From: a virus
Virus record (IMG/VR): IMGVR_UViG_3300005681_000033
Span: 32,001 to 96,000 of that record
Strand: one strand, 5' to 3'
Length of the DNA stretch: 64,000 nt
Shown: piece after piece, positions 1-9,602 of the stretch
Layout of the letters: the number at the start of each line of letters is the position of its first letter
Numbering within the stretch: the stretch's first letter is position 1
Notes under the pieces: model-generated
Seen by the model: only the letters and a program-made list of their open reading frames with translations
The model's database searches: none
What the model was told of the DNA's origin: nothing
Program-made: the position numbers and the translations under genes

Positions 1-10
1 GTAAGTTTTT

Positions 11-214
11 TCACACAAACCTCCATGAAATTTGTCGAATTCCTTTTAGATTACCTCGACTAAATACACACGCATGATCATTTCGTAAACACCAACAATA
101 CAAACTTCCTGTGCAATGGGTCACTATACCGATAAAATCCATCCATTCTTTAGAGTGTATAAGTTGATATTCAAAAGCAACAACCATTCCTGGCTTTAGA
201 TCAGACCTTGTCAC
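11..214 (-). CDS. hypothetical protein
   Basis: ORF in tightly packed leftward small-gene array. Confidence 0.55.
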   Translation of the reverse strand: MTRSDLKPGMVVAFEYQLIHSKEWMDFIGIVTHCTGSLYCWCLRNDHACVFSRGNLKGIRQISWRFV

Positions 215-497
215 TTACCCATTCCTGTCTTAATAGTTGGAAGCAATACCAAAACCCACAACAATGTCCATGGCGTCCAGTTATGCACTTCGATTAGATA
301 GGCAATTCCACCAAACATAATGATAACGAAAGTTAATACAACTAAAGCTAGTAAAACATCCCAAAAATTGGTACTCATTTGGTCTTTTCCCCTTGGATGA
401 TGCTATGTCCATACTGTAAATAATATAGATAATCGCCCAACCAAAAACTACCTAGCTGAAGTAAAACGTAAAATACGACTTTCATTAATGTGTTCAT

Positions 498-713
498 CTA
501 TTCCTCACTTAATTTTTCTATCTTATATTTTTGGGTCGCATTTGGAATTGGTTTTCTAGTGTATTTAATGCGCTCATCTTGATTATAATGCGGTGACATA
601 GTCATTGGGCATTTACCACCGCATTGAGACCAATCGTCTCCAGACTGGAATTTGCACTTAGGGCAAGTAATTAGATTATCTGGTTTACTTTTTATTTTCA
701 CTATTCCTTCCAA
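498..713 (-). CDS. small Cys-rich (Zn-finger-like) hypothetical protein
   Basis: CPKC...CGGKC motifs; overlaps neighbouring ORF in operon-like array. Confidence 0.6.
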   Translation of the reverse strand: MEGIVKIKSKPDNLITCPKCKFQSGDDWSQCGGKCPMTMSPHYNQDERIKYTRKPIPNATQKYKIEKLSEE

Positions 714-985
714 CTATCAACAAATTCGTTGATATAACCAAAGGAAGAAAAATTAAGAAAGGTATTGAATGAAAAACCCGTGTATTCGTCGTTATAAGAA
801 CTGCCATTATTTTCAAAGCTGATTCGATAGCTAGATACGTCTGGAGTTCTTAAATCAAACATATTGATGCAGTTGGCATGGTGATTATAAATCACAAACA
901 TCGTGTGACCTTTTTTCATAGCCCTGTTAATATGCTTTAACATCACGAGATTTTTAGATAGAATTTCTTGTTGTCTTTTATTCAT
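701..985 (-). CDS. hypothetical protein
   Basis: ATG ORF with GAGG RBS in packed array. Confidence 0.7.
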   Translation of the reverse strand: MNKRQQEILSKNLVMLKHINRAMKKGHTMFVIYNHHANCINMFDLRTPDVSSYRISFENNGSSYNDEYTGFSFNTFLNFSSFGYINEFVDSWKE

Positions 986-987
986 AC

Positions 988-1236
988 TTACCTCATCTGT
1001 ATATTACCACGTTTATGGCCCTTTCTGACAAAAGTTTTTACATGATCACTGTCATAAGCCCACACTTCAGTCTCGCTTACAAGTTTAATGTGCAAACGAC
1101 GTGGTGTACGTTTTATTACCTTGCCATTTCCATACCAAGTATCGTGAACTTTTGTTCCAACCTTATAACCACGAAATGCTTTAGCTATTTTCATCTTCTT
1201 CATCACCTTGATAATCCTCAAAAGGGTCATCATCAA
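988..1236 (-). CDS. small basic SH3-like/KOW-like hypothetical protein (start probably near 1200)
   Basis: VGTKVHDTWYGNGKV resembles small beta-barrel motif; start uncertain. Confidence 0.55.
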   Translation of the reverse strand: MMMTLLRIIKVMKKMKIAKAFRGYKVGTKVHDTWYGNGKVIKRTPRRLHIKLVSETEVWAYDSDHVKTFVRKGHKRGNIQMR

Positions 1237-1570
1237 AAGCTAGTGGTGCTGGATCGGCTTCAAATTCTGCCCAGGCTCGTTCAGCGTCATACCCACCCAT
1301 TTCTTCTGTAATTTCAGTAAGTTCTTGCAAAGCTTTTAGTTGTTCGTATTTCTCTACAACTGGACATTTAATTTTATCTTTGTGACCTTTTTCTATACAA
1401 TCGTCATTAACACAAGCACCTTCATGATCAACCTGAATTGGACCACAACCTTCGCACAATACATTGGCATAGAGTTGATTCTTCGTGTCTTCTTCTGTAG
1501 AGATACCGGCCATTTCTCTGAAATCCTCACCAAATATATTCTCTGAACATTGTTTGCAGAAATCAGCCAT
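1181..1570 (-). CDS. Cys-rich hypothetical protein with acidic tail (start MADFC)
   Basis: CxxC, CEGC motifs; internal ATG overlapping upstream stop. Confidence 0.7.
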   Translation of the reverse strand: MADFCKQCSENIFGEDFREMAGISTEEDTKNQLYANVLCEGCGPIQVDHEGACVNDDCIEKGHKDKIKCPVVEKYEQLKALQELTEITEEMGGYDAERAWAEFEADPAPLAFDDDPFEDYQGDEEDENS

Positions 1571-1781
1571 TTTCTTCTTCCTTCTTTGTTTCACTGCGTT
1601 TTGCTACTGCGTCTCTAATTTGCAGTTCAATCATTTTTTCCATTCGCCAATCAAAACTATTACCATTAGGAACAGTTATTCTGGTTATGCCATCGAAATA
1701 TTGAGCGTGTTTGGTATGGCGTTTTAGATAAAACCCATTTGATTCCAATAGCTTAATTATTTGATTTCTTTTGTTTGCCAT
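1563..1781 (-). CDS. HicA-like (dsRBD-fold) mRNA interferase-like protein
   Basis: IIKLLESNGF..R...H.......ITVP pattern and size typical of the HicA family. Confidence 0.6.
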   Translation of the reverse strand: MANKRNQIIKLLESNGFYLKRHTKHAQYFDGITRITVPNGNSFDWRMEKMIELQIRDAVAKRSETKKEEENG

Positions 1782-2026
1782 GTTTCTTCTCCTGCTTTTC
1801 TATATTTTTTTATCCAATTGTTGTTTAAAATATTTTTATGATATTCACAATGAAACATATATTTAGAATCATCCCTTTCTTTACCATCAATCACGTATTC
1901 ATAAAGTTCAATCTTACCAACACAACAATTAAATGTTGTTTGTGCTATACCATGGACAGAATAATGTGGTTGATATCCACATTCTATATCTATTGTTAGA
2001 TAAACCCTATCACCATCAATAAGCAT
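1757..2026 (-). CDS. hypothetical protein, paralog family A (Cys/His)
   Basis: CCVGKI...FHCEYH shared with next two ORFs. Confidence 0.7.
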   Translation of the reverse strand: MLIDGDRVYLTIDIECGYQPHYSVHGIAQTTFNCCVGKIELYEYVIDGKERDDSKYMFHCEYHKNILNNNWIKKYRKAGEETWQTKEIK

Positions 2027-2271
2027 CAGTAAACTCCCTCAACAACCTCATCACCAGAACCAGACAAATAAAAAGATAGATGTTTGTGTAAGTGGAACGC
2101 ACAAAAATACAATATTTGTGTGATCGGTGGACTCATACTATTAAATGTAACCTCCACAGCATGAATCTGTCCACAACATTCTCGTTTTATTGCTTCTCTT
2201 TGGCTATTTTCAACACCCCAATAATAGGATATACACTCTACTTTGAAATATTTTCTTATGTCTTGCATCAA
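2026..2271 (-). CDS. hypothetical protein, paralog family A
   Basis: CCGQI...YFCAFH. Confidence 0.7.
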   Translation of the reverse strand: MMQDIRKYFKVECISYYWGVENSQREAIKRECCGQIHAVEVTFNSMSPPITQILYFCAFHLHKHLSFYLSGSGDEVVEGVY

Positions 2272-2501
2272 TAAACCTTTACTTCCATATACGCACCATT
2301 TTCTCGCAAAGATTCTGCATATTTATAACCATGATATTCACAAAGAAATTCATGTTTGGTGTGTTCTCTAATCGTCATTTGAACACAAATAATCGACCCA
2401 CGACACTGTTTAGCCAACAAATCATTAAGTCGATCGTCTTGCTGACCCCATGTAGGAGCGCAGCATTTGTCTTTAAAATAAATTCGTTGGTCTTGACCCA
2501 T
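2268..2501 (-). CDS. hypothetical protein, paralog family A
   Basis: CRGSI...FLCEYH. Confidence 0.7.
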   Translation of the reverse strand: MGQDQRIYFKDKCCAPTWGQQDDRLNDLLAKQCRGSIICVQMTIREHTKHEFLCEYHGYKYAESLRENGAYMEVKVY

Positions 2502-2767
2502 TACTTCACAACTTTGGTTAAGTTTTTCTCAACTGTGAATCGAACACTTCTAGAAAAAAGCTTTCTAGCAGTCATAATAGCTCTAGCTTTATTGGGTGCT
2601 GTAACGGTCATTCTAATCATAGTTGGCTTGCGACCGTCATTGAATGGTATTTCTCCATACACTTCGAATTCAAAGTGACCTTCTGGAAGTAATTCGCCAT
2701 CAGTTGTAAATCTATTAAATTTTTTGCCTCTAACCGCCATTAGTTTCATTTTTAGACTCCTCGTCAA
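2501..2767 (-). CDS. hypothetical protein
   Basis: ORF in packed array; start uncertain. Confidence 0.6.
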   Translation of the reverse strand: MTRSLKMKLMAVRGKKFNRFTTDGELLPEGHFEFEVYGEIPFNDGRKPTMIRMTVTAPNKARAIMTARKLFSRSVRFTVEKNLTKVVK

Positions 2768-2948
2768 TGATTAAATTTAACCCAAGTTTTACTAGAACCA
2801 AGGTTGCAAAAATATTTAATGCAAAAGACGTGTAAGCTAAAAGTGGTTTATTTGCGAATTGAAGGATGATTTGGCATAGAATAATGGAATTTAGGAATAC
2901 ACCTGTCGAAGAAGTTAACACTAGGAAGCCAATCATTAATTTAATCAT
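2730..2948 (-). CDS. small membrane protein (2 TM)
   Basis: two hydrophobic stretches. Confidence 0.6.
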   Translation of the reverse strand: MIKLMIGFLVLTSSTGVFLNSIILCQIILQFANKPLLAYTSFALNIFATLVLVKLGLNLIIDEESKNETNGG

Positions 2949-3271
2949 GGCGCTACCGGTGGAATGTCTGATGGGTTTAAACCGTTAATAATATCTGCAA
3001 TTTGATCGAGATAATCAGCAATACATTGATTATAGCCTGCATCGCGAATAGATTTGTCAGGATAGTCAGTTTCGTTCCAAATACGCTTACATTCGTCTGT
3101 AAATGCATCTGGCAACTGTATCGTAATGATATGAGTGATTGTCACGTTGACTTGGTTGGTGCAATCGCCTGTTTTAGGGTCTTTGAAACACTGCTCAACC
3201 TTTTGTGGAACTTCAACTTTGTTGCCACAACCAGTCAATGCCAGTAATATTGCTAAAAATATGTATTTCAT
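2945..3271 (-). CDS. lipoprotein
   Basis: MKYIFLAILLALTGC signal peptide with lipobox LTGC. Confidence 0.75.
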   Translation of the reverse strand: MKYIFLAILLALTGCGNKVEVPQKVEQCFKDPKTGDCTNQVNVTITHIITIQLPDAFTDECKRIWNETDYPDKSIRDAGYNQCIADYLDQIADIINGLNPSDIPPVAP

Positions 3272-3492
3272 GTTGTCGCCTGTTCTGAGCTATCTAGCTC
3301 ATAAGACAATTTACTCACTGGCGCTTTCAATGTCAACTGTTTTCCGTAAAAAACACCCATGATCTCATCACCTGGTTCTTTAATGGTGAAATTAGAGAGG
3401 AATGCATTCAGTGTCTTCTTATCAATGAAAGTATCGGTATGGAAATTAGCATTCTGGAAATATGTGACAAAATATTTATTACCCTTTCCCAT
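3268..3492 (-). CDS. hypothetical protein
   Basis: ORF with GGAGG RBS, overlapping neighbours. Confidence 0.65.
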   Translation of the reverse strand: MGKGNKYFVTYFQNANFHTDTFIDKKTLNAFLSNFTIKEPGDEIMGVFYGKQLTLKAPVSKLSYELDSSEQATT

Positions 3493-3856
3493 TGACTGCC
3501 TCTTCTAGATCTTTTTGATCTTCTGCAATTCGACCTCTAGCTTCCCATTCATGCATGACATTCTTAGATAACCAGAATTCACGGTATGAGTCACGTTGAT
3601 ATTGTAACTGATTAATTGTCTTTTGCATTTTACTAAGCTTTGAAATACCCATCAATTGTCTGCCACTTTCTGTCACACAAAACATTGAGTTTCCACCAAA
3701 CTCACCAGAAAAGAATGGCCCTGACATCAAACCCATATCGATCAATGCCTGAATATCATCAGTCATATCAGATACATATCTATTTCTGTATCCTGGGTTT
3801 TTAGAATCAGCACCCACTGTGTGTCTAAGGATTTCGATTTGTTTTGCTGTGATCAT
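3479..3856 (-). CDS. hypothetical protein (possible winged-helix-like N-terminus)
   Basis: LIDMGLM...FCVTESG pattern; GAGG RBS. Confidence 0.7.
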   Translation of the reverse strand: MITAKQIEILRHTVGADSKNPGYRNRYVSDMTDDIQALIDMGLMSGPFFSGEFGGNSMFCVTESGRQLMGISKLSKMQKTINQLQYQRDSYREFWLSKNVMHEWEARGRIAEDQKDLEEAVNGKG

Positions 3857-3862
3857 ATAACC

Positions 3863-4102
3863 TCACTTGACTTTAACTTGCTTAACCACCTCAGTAACCG
3901 TCAATGTATAAACTGAGCCAATTACAACTTTCAAATTGCTAACGAAATACAAAGCTTTTTGCTCATCCATTCCATCAGTCTTTTTATCAAGCCATGCCTG
4001 AAACTCTTCTTGGTATTTAAACACTTCATGAGTCATTCCACCAGATTCATAATCTTGCCATTCAGAAAACACATGAATTTGATCACCATAGCGTAAATGC
4101 AT
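3863..4102 (-). CDS. hypothetical protein
   Basis: AGGAG RBS. Confidence 0.7.
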   Translation of the reverse strand: MHLRYGDQIHVFSEWQDYESGGMTHEVFKYQEEFQAWLDKKTDGMDEQKALYFVSNLKVVIGSVYTLTVTEVVKQVKVK

Positions 4103-4110
4103 AAAAACTC

Positions 4111-4308
4111 CTAATCGTTAATACAGATCATTCTAGAATCATGATCAATTGAAAGTTGTTCTTTAGCTGGCACAATAGAAAACGAATCGAAACTCACCTG
4201 ATAATCATCTGGTACATTCTTGAGAGCTTCTTTTAGATCACCAACAGTGAGATCTTCACCATATTGATCAATAATTCCTACAGTATTAAAAGGTCTTTCT
4301 TTTGCCAT
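4111..4308 (-). CDS. hypothetical protein
   Basis: GAGG RBS; TVGDLKEALKNVPDD motif common in small phage proteins. Confidence 0.7.
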   Translation of the reverse strand: MAKERPFNTVGIIDQYGEDLTVGDLKEALKNVPDDYQVSFDSFSIVPAKEQLSIDHDSRMICIND

Positions 4309-4556
4309 ACAATCCTCTAATGCAATGTTTCTGCCACTTCAACAGTTTCCCACAAAATCTCGCGTGACATTTGCCATGGAATACTAGCCATTAGTTTGTG
4401 TTTTTCCTCGAACGTAAAAAGGTCACCGATATTGTGACCTTGCATTTGTGTTAATAACCTATACAGTCGTTTGGATTTCATAATATACCTTCCAATAAGT
4501 TTTACCGTTCCAATGATAATCCACTTCAAACCATGTGCCATTGTGATGTTCGTACA

Positions 4557-4964
4557 TTATTTGTATACCTCATCAATTACACGTTTAAATGTCACTGTTA
4601 CTTCAGGCGAATATTTCTTGATCTTCTTCAATACCTTTTTGATTGTCGTTGATTTAAGATCTGTCAATTGTACCGTGATCACTGCCCAGTCAGAACTATC
4701 CCATGCATCTGAATAACCACCAACGATACCATCGGTTAAACCCTTGGTAAGTTTTTTTACCTCTGCGATTGTTTTTTCTGTATGAGATTCTGAATATGTG
4801 CTAATCAAGCCTAGCTTAATATATGGGTTTTTAGCTCTATAATAAAATTCAGAATGACCTTCGCTAATTACCTCTGCGTTTTTAAATCCCATCAAAGATT
4901 TAAGCAAATCATTTTTGCGATCTTCGCCTCTAATTAACTCTCTCATTTTTTCTATATTTGTCAT
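4557..4964 (-). CDS. hypothetical protein
   Basis: GGAG RBS, 135 aa ORF. Confidence 0.7.
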   Translation of the reverse strand: MTNIEKMRELIRGEDRKNDLLKSLMGFKNAEVISEGHSEFYYRAKNPYIKLGLISTYSESHTEKTIAEVKKLTKGLTDGIVGGYSDAWDSSDWAVITVQLTDLKSTTIKKVLKKIKKYSPEVTVTFKRVIDEVYK

Positions 4965-5186
4965 AAAATCTCCATACTTACAATTGTTGGCTTTTAATCG
5001 TGGTCTATACGAAATGGTTTTTGTTCTTTAGCCAAATCATATAAATGATCCATGACTACATCCTTAATATCAATTGCTAAAGTTCCTGGCTCTAACCTTA
5101 CCAAGGTTTTTAATTCAAAACTTTTACCACTTCCACCCTGATAGTTGTCCGAATGAAAATCGATATATTTTACAAGTACATTCATA

Positions 5187-5381
5187 TTATCCCTCTTTGT
5201 CTAATCCTAACATTGCTCTAAAAGTCTCAGCGTCTAAGTCGCCTTCTTCCATACGAGTAATCTGGCAGATAATCACCAAAATGTCAATAGCGTAATCAGG
5301 ATTGACGATACCAGATAACGTTCTGATGGTATGTATCGCCGTAATTTCTTTGTTTAAATACTTTTCTAATAGTTCTTTCAT
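5187..5381 (-). CDS. hypothetical protein
   Basis: start overlaps upstream stop. Confidence 0.65.
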   Translation of the reverse strand: MKELLEKYLNKEITAIHTIRTLSGIVNPDYAIDILVIICQITRMEEGDLDAETFRAMLGLDKEG

Positions 5382-5632
5382 TACACACTCAACTTGTGTA
5401 ACTTAGCGATTTGTTTAGCTCTTTCGACAAATTGATCAGCCTTTTCATCGTATTCTTTGGCTTTCTTTTGTTTCTTTAATGCAAGCTTAGCCAACTCATG
5501 GCGCTCATTTGATGCCAAACGTCTATACATTTCTTTTTGTTCCAAAAGATAAGCTAAATACTCTTTTGGTGACAATTCTTTTTCTTGATATGTTCTGACC
5601 TTATATGCTTTTTCTTTCATTCTTTCTCCCAT
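5381..5632 (-). CDS. basic coiled-coil hypothetical protein
   Basis: ORF in packed array. Confidence 0.6.
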   Translation of the reverse strand: MGERMKEKAYKVRTYQEKELSPKEYLAYLLEQKEMYRRLASNERHELAKLALKKQKKAKEYDEKADQFVERAKQIAKLHKLSV

Positions 5633-5859
5633 TCATATTTCGTAAATGTCATTTCATGTGATGTTGCTGGCCCATCAGAAGTTGGAATATTTACCGTTTC
5701 CTTGGTTTCAACTGCTGGTGGTTTCATCCCAGCTTTTTCAAGCTTAGCAAGGATTTCTTTTGCTGTTGTTTGGGGAAATGAATCTGAAAACATACCAGTG
5801 ACTTGGACTACAATTTGTAGTTCGTCTGAGATAATCTTTAACGCTTCACTTCTTTTCAT
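5617..5859 (-). CDS. hypothetical protein, paralog family B
   Basis: MKR...A.EIL..LEKAGMKPP shared with 5846-6154. Confidence 0.7.
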   Translation of the reverse strand: MKRSEALKIISDELQIVVQVTGMFSDSFPQTTAKEILAKLEKAGMKPPAVETKETVNIPTSDGPATSHEMTFTKYEWEKE

Positions 5860-6154
5860 ATTTTTCCTTACGTTTTTGAGCTGCTTCTAATCGTCGTTGC
5901 AAAGCCGCTACCACTTTGGGGTCTTTATCAAAATCCTCTTCCCATTGATTCATGGTGTATCCATCGTAATAAACTTGCATAATAGCTTGTTGATGGTCTG
6001 ACGGAAGTGATGGTGGTTTCATACCAAGTTTTTCAACCATGTTTAATATGTTGGCAGCTGTAGTCTCTGGACTTTCTTTCTTTTGATCTTTAAACTGAAT
6101 ATCACCCAAGACAATTAGTGTGGCAATCTTGAGAATCATTGTTTCGCGTTTCAT
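5846..6154 (-). CDS. hypothetical protein, paralog family B
   Basis: MKR...A.NIL..VEKLGMKPP. Confidence 0.7.
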   Translation of the reverse strand: MKRETMILKIATLIVLGDIQFKDQKKESPETTAANILNMVEKLGMKPPSLPSDHQQAIMQVYYDGYTMNQWEEDFDKDPKVVAALQRRLEAAQKRKEKYEKK

Positions 6155-6372
6155 TCCTTATCCACCCTCTCAAATTGCCTAGCAATCGCCCTATTAAGTT
6201 TTTGATCAGCTTCTTTGTTCTTTTGCTGCTCAAGTGTATAGTCAACAGCCAAGATAAAACTTGCTAACATAAACGTTGCAAAGTTAAAACCACTATTTTC
6301 TGACTCAAATAAAGTTCTAAATAAGGCTGCAGCACCGAATCCTGCCACAAACCATCTAAAAAAATATCTCAT
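6151..6372 (-). CDS. small membrane protein
   Basis: two hydrophobic segments; GGAGG RBS before MRYFF. Confidence 0.6.
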   Translation of the reverse strand: MRYFFRWFVAGFGAAALFRTLFESENSGFNFATFMLASFILAVDYTLEQQKNKEADQKLNRAIARQFERVDKE

Positions 6373-6380
6373 AAATCCTC

Positions 6381-6629
6381 CTAGTAATAACACCTTGATA
6401 CATTAGACCATTGATCATTCCAATAATACTCGTAATCTTGCCAGTGCTTATCACACAATAGCACATCTCTGTTTGGATCGTCAATTGTGTTTTTCTCACC
6501 ACTATAATCATAAGCTGTCATTGCATTTCGCCATTTGACACAACCTTCGCAATCTGAAGGATGCGCTAATTGTTCAGCACCAGCACTATATTCACACTTA
6601 AATGCTAAAAAATGCCTAGTCTTTTCCAT
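6381..6629 (-). CDS. Cys-containing hypothetical protein
   Basis: ORF in array. Confidence 0.65.
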   Translation of the reverse strand: MEKTRHFLAFKCEYSAGAEQLAHPSDCEGCVKWRNAMTAYDYSGEKNTIDDPNRDVLLCDKHWQDYEYYWNDQWSNVSRCYY

Positions 6630-6897
6630 TTGTCCTTGCTTGTTGACGCTTTTCCATCATTTCAGAAACTTGCATCTTTTGTTCTATAGTTAGCAAGCCA
6701 TGAGCCAACGTGAACATTTCGGAGATATTAGCTAATTTCTCGCGTGTTGATTCTAGGTCTTGAGCAAAGGTTAAGATGATTTTATCACCTGTAAAGTTTA
6801 CGCAAGGCTCGCCATACCTATAGCCAATCGCTGAACCATCATCTTCCATTCTATATTCGTACTTTTGGTCATCTGTTTTAACACTTAATCTACTCAT
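6616..6897 (-). CDS. hypothetical protein (start MSRLS)
   Basis: internal ATG overlapping upstream stop. Confidence 0.6.
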   Translation of the reverse strand: MSRLSVKTDDQKYEYRMEDDGSAIGYRYGEPCVNFTGDKIILTFAQDLESTREKLANISEMFTLAHGLLTIEQKMQVSEMMEKRQQARTNGKD

Positions 6898-7306
6898 AAT
6901 ACACCACATTCGTTCTAACGTAATAATCACCACGATCATAGAAGAATGAATTCTGTGAGTTGAAATACATTTCAGCTACCCATGGTTTGCCTGTTTCTTC
7001 TATCTTCTTCAAAGTTGCTGCCAAGATTACTGACTTGGCTATTTCTTCGCGTTTGCTATAGTCGTGATCATTTGGCATACGAGCTACAACCTCATCAATG
7101 ATCTTCTTTTTATTCAACTTTTCCGTGTTTTTAATCTCATATGTCATTGGGCGTTCTGCTAATCCCATTAGACCTTTGGCTAGATCTTCGTGTGACATAC
7201 GCAATTGAATGAATCGCGCTGATGATTTATCATCTCTCAGCTCAATAGATACCATACCATCAGAAGGATTGGAAATTGTGATTGTTCCTTTAACTTTACT
7301 GGTCAT
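6890..7306 (-). CDS. hypothetical protein
   Basis: 138 aa ORF in array. Confidence 0.7.
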   Translation of the reverse strand: MTSKVKGTITISNPSDGMVSIELRDDKSSARFIQLRMSHEDLAKGLMGLAERPMTYEIKNTEKLNKKKIIDEVVARMPNDHDYSKREEIAKSVILAATLKKIEETGKPWVAEMYFNSQNSFFYDRGDYYVRTNVVYYE

Positions 7307-7453
7307 ACTCTTCTACCTCCATTAGGGCTTCAAACTTGCCTGTACGCATAGCCTCAAGCCTAATCTCATGTTTTAGCTTTAATTGTACTACATTATAGAT
7401 CGTAATACAAACGACAGTTATGGATACAGCGAATGGCCAATTGATTAGGTCCA

Positions 7454-7903
7454 TTAAAACCAATCCGGTTTAGTGTTATACTTGTCCAGTAATTTACCCA
7501 ACATCTTGAAAAATGCCACGTTGCGCTTTCTCATTTTATGTTGTCTTCGACTATAAAACATTTTATACAAAACTTGCTCATCTCCAGTGCTGTTCCAAGA
7601 TGGTAGGCGCTTGTGTGTCCTTACAAATTTAATAATAGTCGTATGGTCATTAATCGTATCAAAGTCCCTTCTGGTAGGTACTTGTTTGACCTTTGCATGA
7701 AAAATAGGGTCGTAGCTCAGAACGAGCTTATTTGTGTAATTCTTCAAATTCCAACCCATTTTTGATTCCAATGGATTATCGGAATGAATACTTGGGTGTC
7801 GACCATACTGGGCAATAAAATCAAGAATTTCTGTCTTTTTAACCAAGACCTTAGTTGATGTTGTTTTGCGCTTAAATTTTGTTTTAATCGGTGGATATTT
7901 CAT
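7454..7903 (-). CDS. protein with two helicase-associated (HA)-like repeats
   Basis: two copies of I..F...(Y/H).R.PS..S...E..(M/L). Confidence 0.55.
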   Translation of the reverse strand: MKYPPIKTKFKRKTTSTKVLVKKTEILDFIAQYGRHPSIHSDNPLESKMGWNLKNYTNKLVLSYDPIFHAKVKQVPTRRDFDTINDHTTIIKFVRTHKRLPSWNSTGDEQVLYKMFYSRRQHKMRKRNVAFFKMLGKLLDKYNTKPDWF

Positions 7904-8244
7904 TACAGACCTCTCCTTTTATTATACGCTTCTGTGCAAGTTTTGCACTCATGTTCCCAGTCACCCATTCCACCAAGCTGGCCCTTGCCAAAGGTCAAGG
8001 TCTCTTCATCAACAAACATGGATACACGACATTGTTCGTCACCACAGATTGAGTTGTTGAATTCGTTTTCAATCTCAACCTTATTACGAAGCCCTGCAAT
8101 TGTCAGTGCCAAACCATTTGTTGGCTCTATCACGAATGAATATAGCTGTCTACGTGTTGGGTCACCGTTCTTATAGCTGAATTCCACTTCACGAATCAAT
8201 GCAATTGCTTGGTTAAGTTTCTGTAATCGTTCGTAATTTCTCAT
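7903..8244 (-). CDS. hypothetical protein with C-terminal Cys cluster
   Basis: C....C...CxxC. Confidence 0.65.
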   Translation of the reverse strand: MRNYERLQKLNQAIALIREVEFSYKNGDPTRRQLYSFVIEPTNGLALTIAGLRNKVEIENEFNNSICGDEQCRVSMFVDEETLTFGKGQLGGMGDWEHECKTCTEAYNKRRGL

Positions 8245-8245
8245 G

Positions 8246-8536
8246 TTACACCACTCGAATGTTTTTGATTCTTAAAGCCTGGTAACTATCGTAACTACGC
8301 ATGGTGTTTACCAGTTCTGCACTGGTTTTAGGTTTACGATATCCACCACCACGCACTGTAAAACAAGAAGGTCTGAATGCAGAATTGGCTTCAATCCAAA
8401 TATAAGAACTTTCATTGCCACTCAACACTCTAATGCGGTCGTATTCGCCACCCCATTCACGATCAATATCTTCAACAAATAATTGTAGTGTTTTGCCTTC
8501 ATTCAATAACTTTAAGATCTTTTTGTATTTATCCAT
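8246..8536 (-). CDS. hypothetical protein
   Basis: GAGG RBS. Confidence 0.65.
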   Translation of the reverse strand: MDKYKKILKLLNEGKTLQLFVEDIDREWGGEYDRIRVLSGNESSYIWIEANSAFRPSCFTVRGGGYRKPKTSAELVNTMRSYDSYQALRIKNIRVV

Positions 8537-8821
8537 ATACTACCTCTCGTTACTTCGTTTAAAACACCAGTTACAATAATCATACCAAAACCAGCCATTA
8601 GTTCTAGTTTCAACATGACCACGAACTTTACAATGTGGACACTGTTTACCAAGGAATAGGTTTTTAATTAGATTCTTCATAAACCTGACCACCTTCAATC
8701 TTAATTGTTTTGATCTTTCCACCACGTTTTAAGAACTCTTCAACCGTTTCTGTCTTAATTGGTTTTGGTGCTGGCTTGGCGAAATGTAGTCCTGTTGTGA
8801 ATTTATCTTTCTTTTTCTTCT

Positions 8822-9154
8822 TCATTTGACAACCTCCGGTCTCCAAGTGCGACCATGCTTCTTGACCAACTGTTCTAGTTCATCGACAAAATCTGAATTG
8901 TTAAAACCTGTCACCATCATTGAAGACTCTTCAACTGTCTTATAACAGTCTTTACATTCACGAATAACAGAAAACAAATAGTGATCATACCCACCATTAG
9001 GCGTATCACCTGGCAACTCTTGAATCTCAAGTTTGGCATGAATATTTGGATGGATGCAAGTGTGCTTGGATTCGTGATCAACTACCGATTGTTCATTGTC
9101 AGACGCATAATCACACACGCTGCATTGATACCGTTTAACCAATACTGTTTTCAC
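8822..9154 (-). CDS. Zn-finger-like hypothetical protein
   Basis: YQCSVC...H...H (C2H2-like) and CKDC. Confidence 0.65.
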   Translation of the reverse strand: MKTVLVKRYQCSVCDYASDNEQSVVDHESKHTCIHPNIHAKLEIQELPGDTPNGGYDHYLFSVIRECKDCYKTVEESSMMVTGFNNSDFVDELEQLVKKHGRTWRPEVVK

Positions 9155-9399
9155 CTTACAACCTCATAGTTATCAGCCAAAAACTCAACTGCACCTTGTT
9201 TCTTACCAATGTAATAAGCAAAGTTTGTGTTGTTGAAATCTAATATCATATACTGGCCTTTAGTATAGCGTACTTCCACGTTACCTTTTTTAGTTCCAAC
9301 GATTACGTGTTTGCCTTGAATGCGTGCTGTTGACAGATCAACATTAGCTATTTTCACACACATTTTGTAGATTGCTGTGATCACTTGTTCGTTTGTCAT
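9151..9399 (-). CDS. hypothetical early protein (start MTNEQ)
   Basis: GGAGG RBS and promoter directly upstream of ATG at 9399. Confidence 0.7.
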   Translation of the reverse strand: MTNEQVITAIYKMCVKIANVDLSTARIQGKHVIVGTKKGNVEVRYTKGQYMILDFNNTNFAYYIGKKQGAVEFLADNYEVVR

Positions 9400-9417
9400 C
9401 GTAACCTCCACTACTAA

Positions 9418-9445
9418 AGTATAGCAATAGCCACAAAAAATACAA
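9418..9445 (-). promoter_or_regulatory. sigma70-type early promoter
   Basis: TTGTAT-16nt-TATACT with extended TG, followed by GGAGG. Confidence 0.55.
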
Positions 9446-9602
9446 GTAATTTGTGGCAGATGTCCCATTGTGGGCTTTCTTAAAAAGCGACACAATTTGT
9501 CGTTTTTTGATAATCATAACCATCCCATCCAATGGGCGTAAACCAATAGGCCCACTGTTAACAATGAATAACCAATCAATCGAATTTTTGTTTCTTCAGC
9601 CA

